Shown here one piece after another: positions 60,276 to 64,000 of a DNA stretch of 64,000 nucleotides; within the stretch, counting starts at the first letter, position 1, and every line of letters starts with the position of its first letter. The stretch is taken from positions 1-64,000 of the IMG/VR virus record IMGVR_UViG_2820362221_000001. The stretch is one strand, 5' to 3'. A model generated the notes under the pieces. That model saw only the letters and a program-made list of their open reading frames with translations. It ran no database searches and was not told the DNA's origin. The DNA is from an uncultured virus (IMG/VR IMGVR_UViG_2820362221_000001). Its lineage: Duplodnaviria > Heunggongvirae > Uroviricota > Caudoviricetes. The translations under genes were made by a program, and so were the position numbers.

Positions 60276-60638
60276 ATGAAATTATATGAAATAATCAACG
60301 CAACCCCGGCGTTAAATAAACTGGGTAATTCCAACATGAAAATGACGGAAGCGTACAGACTGCAAAAATTATTAGCCGCGTTGCAGGTAGAAATTGACTT
60401 CTACAACAAACATCACATGGAACTGATAGAAGCGAACGGACAGATAAAAGACGACGGGACATTTACTATTGATAAAGAAAACCAGAGTGATTTTGGGAAA
60501 TCCATGACCGAGCTTGCTCAGACCGACGTAGAGCCGGCGTTTACACAAATGCAAATAGCGATAAGTGAAAACATAGAAATATCGGCGAACGACATCGGGG
60601 CTCTGCTGCCGTTCGTGGAATTTACGGAGGAGGAATAA
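60276..60638 (+). CDS. Phage tail-region hypothetical protein
   Basis: RBS ggagg before ATG 60276. Confidence 0.65.
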   Translation: MKLYEIINATPALNKLGNSNMKMTEAYRLQKLLAALQVEIDFYNKHHMELIEANGQIKDDGTFTIDKENQSDFGKSMTELAQTDVEPAFTQMQIAISENIEISANDIGALLPFVEFTEEE

Positions 60639-60642
60639 CCCT

Positions 60643-60957
60643 ATGGCTGAAAACAAAAAAATCACGCTCGAACTGGCGGACGGCACAAAATTTGAAATAG
60701 AATCATTCAACGGAAACGACAACTATGAGGTTGACACAGACAATATATTTTTTATCATACCGATAAAAAACAAAATAACGGGCGACCTTGTAAAGAAGAT
60801 TACACCTGAAAACATGGCGCGTATTTCCGTGCTGGCGGATAGCAAGGTAATAGACGAAATCGAGGGTTACTCAAAGTTACTTTCCGTTGATAAGGCTATC
60901 GACTGCTACAGGCAGACCATAACGGTACGCGCCGCAATGACTCAGGCAGCGGAATAA
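60643..60957 (+). CDS. Phage hypothetical protein
   Basis: RBS ggagg. Confidence 0.65.
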   Translation: MAENKKITLELADGTKFEIESFNGNDNYEVDTDNIFFIIPIKNKITGDLVKKITPENMARISVLADSKVIDEIEGYSKLLSVDKAIDCYRQTITVRAAMTQAAE

Positions 60958-60987
60958 GATTTTTGTAAAAGAGGGAGGCGCGGCTGT

Positions 60988-61506
60988 ATGGATAAAAATG
61001 ATTTGATTTTAAACTTTAATGTAAAGGGACAATTAATCTATTATCAGGAGAAAAACAAAGCGGCGGCGGACAGCATGAAATATCTGTACGCCAAGTTCAG
61101 TTTCAGCCGCGAGTGGGATATATCGCCGAAATACGCCCTGTTTTACGGCTCTGATAAAACCTCTTTACCTATCGAGGTACAGCTTGAAAATGACGGCTGT
61201 TACGTCCCGCAGGAAGTAATAAAGCCGCCTCGCTTTTATGTTTCTGTGTACTGCGCAAACGCGGTCAAACGCATTACAACCGAAAAACAGGCGGTTTCTG
61301 TTCTGGCGGGCGGATATGCCGGAGATACCGCGCAATCTTTACCATCGCAGGGTAATACTATCTCCATACATACCCCGGCAGACGAAACCAAGATAACGCA
61401 GTTCAGGAATAACGGCGGCGTCGCCGAATTTACATCGGACGGGACAGACTGGCAGCAATTAAAAGGTGTCAGCGACATAGGCAGATTGGATATGATTGAT
61501 TTTTAA
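60988..61506 (+). CDS. BppU-like baseplate/fibre adaptor protein
   Basis: 'YLYAKFSFSREW...KYALF','CYVPQEVI'; position. Confidence 0.55.
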   Translation: MDKNDLILNFNVKGQLIYYQEKNKAAADSMKYLYAKFSFSREWDISPKYALFYGSDKTSLPIEVQLENDGCYVPQEVIKPPRFYVSVYCANAVKRITTEKQAVSVLAGGYAGDTAQSLPSQGNTISIHTPADETKITQFRNNGGVAEFTSDGTDWQQLKGVSDIGRLDMIDF

Positions 61507-61523
61507 ACGGAGGAATTTATTAT

Positions 61524-62144
61524 ATGGCAACAGAATTTAAAATTTACAGGCAGACCGGAGCGGAAACGCAACCGGCAGCAATAGTGTACGGCAATATAGT
61601 TATACTGAAAAACGGCTCGTTCTGGACGGTTAACGAACTGAACCAAATGGTGAAAATCGGTCCATTTGACGACGCGGCATTGTTACAGCACTTGGGGGAC
61701 GCTGTCATACACGTTACCCAGCAGGACAAAGACAGATGGGACAGCGTGGAAATGGCTAAGGTATTCGATACGGTTTCCGAAATGGAGACATGGCTCGAAA
61801 ACGCTGAAAATACGGCGAATCTCCCGATTGGGTTTAACTTTTTCATACGCGACCCGGACGTACCCGACTACTGGTGGGACGGCGAAGAGCCTGTCGAGGC
61901 GGCAACCGCAAAAGTCGATTTGACGGAATACTTAAAAACGGCTAACGCGGTGGATATGTTTGTGGCGAAGGAGACCGGCAAACGCCTGATGACAGATGCG
62001 GAGGGGACAAAACTTTCGGGGATAGCTACCGGAGCGCAGGTAAACGTACTGGAATCTATAAAGGTAAACGGCACGGCGTTAACGCCTGATGGAAGCAAAG
62101 CGGTTGACATAACCATACCGACTCTGGAGATAATCGATTTTTAA
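61524..62144 (+). CDS. Tail fibre-like protein
   Basis: 'KVDLTEY','GKRLMT..E.TKLSGIATGAQVNVLESIKVNG' fibre-type motifs. Confidence 0.6.
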   Translation: MATEFKIYRQTGAETQPAAIVYGNIVILKNGSFWTVNELNQMVKIGPFDDAALLQHLGDAVIHVTQQDKDRWDSVEMAKVFDTVSEMETWLENAENTANLPIGFNFFIRDPDVPDYWWDGEEPVEAATAKVDLTEYLKTANAVDMFVAKETGKRLMTDAEGTKLSGIATGAQVNVLESIKVNGTALTPDGSKAVDITIPTLEIIDF

Positions 62145-62156
62145 TGGGGTGGGAGT

Positions 62157-62645
62157 ATGAAGATATATGTTTCGTCTGTAGATGGGGCTTTACCGCAAAA
62201 CCCGCAAAAACCATACATAATTTTAGACAAAATGGGTACGGTGAGGGTACTTGCCACAGACATGATAAAAGTTCAGTTTGAGGATATATCAAAAGACGGC
62301 GAAGACGGTATGGTCATTCCTGTGATGTCTGAGCTTAACAATCTTGAGAATGTTGAAATCCGGGTGGGAAAAGCTCAGGTAAACGCGGCAGGGTATAAGC
62401 AGGTTAAATTCCTGACCCCTTTTACCGATATTCCTGTAGTGACGGCAAACGCGGCGGGGTTGTATTTTGTTGATATAACGAATATTACCGTTACAGGTTT
62501 TCAGTACAGGACGATAGGGCTTTCGGTAAATACGGGAAGCCAAAGCGCGTCAAATACGCAATCGACAGTCGTGACATCCGCGTCAATGGCTGACGTTGCG
62601 AATATCCCGATAAACTATATCGCCGTCTCAAACAAGGGGGTGTAG
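62157..62645 (+). CDS. Tail fibre tip-like protein (gp53/H-lectin-like domain)
   Basis: 'VKFLTPFTDIPVVTA...ITNITVTGF...INYIAV'. Confidence 0.5.
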   Translation: MKIYVSSVDGALPQNPQKPYIILDKMGTVRVLATDMIKVQFEDISKDGEDGMVIPVMSELNNLENVEIRVGKAQVNAAGYKQVKFLTPFTDIPVVTANAAGLYFVDITNITVTGFQYRTIGLSVNTGSQSASNTQSTVVTSASMADVANIPINYIAVSNKGV

Positions 62646-62650
62646 CACAA

Positions 62651-63385
62651 ATGGCGAGTAATAAAGACTATTTATTCTATACCGCGCTGTTAAAAAGCAA
62701 TTCGGTAAAAGGCGCGAACGCTCTGGAGGGTATGCTGCTAAACAAAGGGCAGGCGAATGAATTAATGGCGAATGACGCCGCCATGACCGTTATATTTGAG
62801 CCGATGACGACGGGCGGAGCGAGGTATCTGCCGGATATTTTCTTCAGGGGGAATTACAGGGTAGGTAAAGGCTTACAGACATATCTTCGCGCCATTGACA
62901 GCGCGTTCGATCCGTCGGACTACATGGGCGGACTCAGCACGACTGACAATTTATGCGCGGACGCAAACGCCATGGCTCTGATAGCGGGCAGGCTGGACGC
63001 GCTGAAAGCAATGCTGAAATCCCCGTATGCCGCGTCAAGGGTGGTCGCGTCGGCAACGGCGAAAAACGCTCTGTTCAACAGCCCTCTCAAAACAACAGTG
63101 AGCGTCGTCGTCGATTACAGCGCGACAAATAACTGGACGCGGCGGACAAATCTGGGGACGCTGGCGTGGATTGCGACCGCAAGGCATACGCTGTCTGCCG
63201 GGTCGGGGAACTATGTGATGAGAACGGCGGCGGATTTAGGCGCGAACGCTTCGGCGTCGAGAGCCAACACTTACAATACGGATTACAGGATAGACAGGCT
63301 TATATCTAACGCCGAAAACGCCGTATCCAACGTAGGGTTCGCGGTCAGCCCCATCACGCAGCAAGTCATAATAATAGAACCATAA
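62651..63385 (+). CDS. Phage tail-region hypothetical protein
   Basis: 244-aa ORF in operon. Confidence 0.65.
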   Translation: MASNKDYLFYTALLKSNSVKGANALEGMLLNKGQANELMANDAAMTVIFEPMTTGGARYLPDIFFRGNYRVGKGLQTYLRAIDSAFDPSDYMGGLSTTDNLCADANAMALIAGRLDALKAMLKSPYAASRVVASATAKNALFNSPLKTTVSVVVDYSATNNWTRRTNLGTLAWIATARHTLSAGSGNYVMRTAADLGANASASRANTYNTDYRIDRLISNAENAVSNVGFAVSPITQQVIIIEP

Positions 63386-63410
63386 ATTATATTCAGGGAG
63401 GGAAACGTCT

Positions 63411-64000
63411 ATGGAAGACATGGCAAAAATGATTACGACCTACGGACTGGCGGTGATAATCTCCTCGCTTGTCCTGTACTTCGCGGTCAGATTCATCAAC
63501 ATATTTTTAAAGGATTTCGAGCAAAAGCGAAACATACGCAAGCATGACGAACTGGCAATGCTGCGAAACCAGATAAGCGCGACTATCAACGCTTTACTGG
63601 AGAGAACCGCGCTGCGTACCAACGCCGACAGAGTATATGTGTTCGAGTTCCATAATGGGAATACCGCGCTGGGCGGTTTGCCGTTTATGAAAATGACAAA
63701 CACATACGAAGCTCTCAATGGCACGGCAAAATCGGAGATGCACAAGCGGGCTGATATGCCGTTTCAGTTGTTCCAGCCGTTTGTCGACGCGATATACGGA
63801 GAGGATTATCTCGTCATGGACGTGAACAGCCGGACGGATAAATACTCCGCGTTTGTCTATGAAACGCTGGTGGAGCGGAACATATCAGTCACGGTACGGG
63901 TAAAAATCGCGGACATCAGCAAACGGATTATTGGCTATTTCGGCATCGACTACTGCAATGGCAATCCTGTCAGCGAGGCGAAAGTCGAGGAGAGCGTAAA
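63411..64000 (+). CDS. Single-TM plus GAF-like domain protein, putative holin (3'-truncated; not in ORF track)
   Basis: ATG 63411 with RBS gggagg, open to edge: MEDMAKMITTYGLAVIISSLVLYFAV...NADRVYVFEFHNG...IIGYFGIDY. Confidence 0.7.
   Translation, partial: MEDMAKMITTYGLAVIISSLVLYFAVRFINIFLKDFEQKRNIRKHDELAMLRNQISATINALLERTALRTNADRVYVFEFHNGNTALGGLPFMKMTNTYEALNGTAKSEMHKRADMPFQLFQPFVDAIYGEDYLVMDVNSRTDKYSAFVYETLVERNISVTVRVKIADISKRIIGYFGIDYCNGNPVSEAKVEESV

Larger units (their letters stand above)
18104..64000 (+). mobile_element. Prophage (HK97-type head, long non-contractile tail); boundaries not determined, continues beyond right edge
   Basis: Ordered regulation-replication-packaging-head-tail-lysis modules; no integrase in window. 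Confidence 0.9.

Noticed and set aside
56963..63385. Diversity-generating retroelement targeting tail genes
   Set aside because: No reverse transcriptase and no adenine-specific TR/VR pair seen in the window.
18104..64000. Genome-wide TAG-to-Gln recoding (code 15)
   Set aside because: TAG terminates several genes normally and only one in-frame TAG interrupts a gene.

Overview
Firmicute (Clostridia-like) chromosomal DNA with three parts. (1) 1-3.3 kb: the end of an ICE-like element (PcfJ- and DpnD/PcfM-like genes) abutting tRNA-Pro(CGG), then an ECF sigma factor, a 5' tRNA-Leu fragment and an intact tRNA-Leu(GAG). (2) 3.3-17.4 kb: one 4704-aa SLH-anchored BspA-type LRR/Ig surface protein containing three 2352-bp modules. 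(3) About 18 kb to the right edge: an HK97-type siphovirus prophage with an ImmA-HTH regulator, sigma-like factor, SNF2 helicase, PolA, primase-helicase, two DNA MTases, terminase, head, tail and the start of lysis. It is interrupted by at least seven morons. Most notable: the SNF2 helicase is split inside its Walker A motif by an 8-nt ATG-TAG-CC-ATA spacer that resembles a ribosomal bypass site; the major capsid gene has an in-frame TAG; a low-GC 2TM-protein plus Mom-like gene pair sits between terminase and portal; the C5 MTase has many target-recognition repeats; morons share repeated promoter and terminator units; and a TM+GAF (T4 holin T-like) gene lies at the lysis position. All family assignments are from motif recognition by eye; no database search was run.
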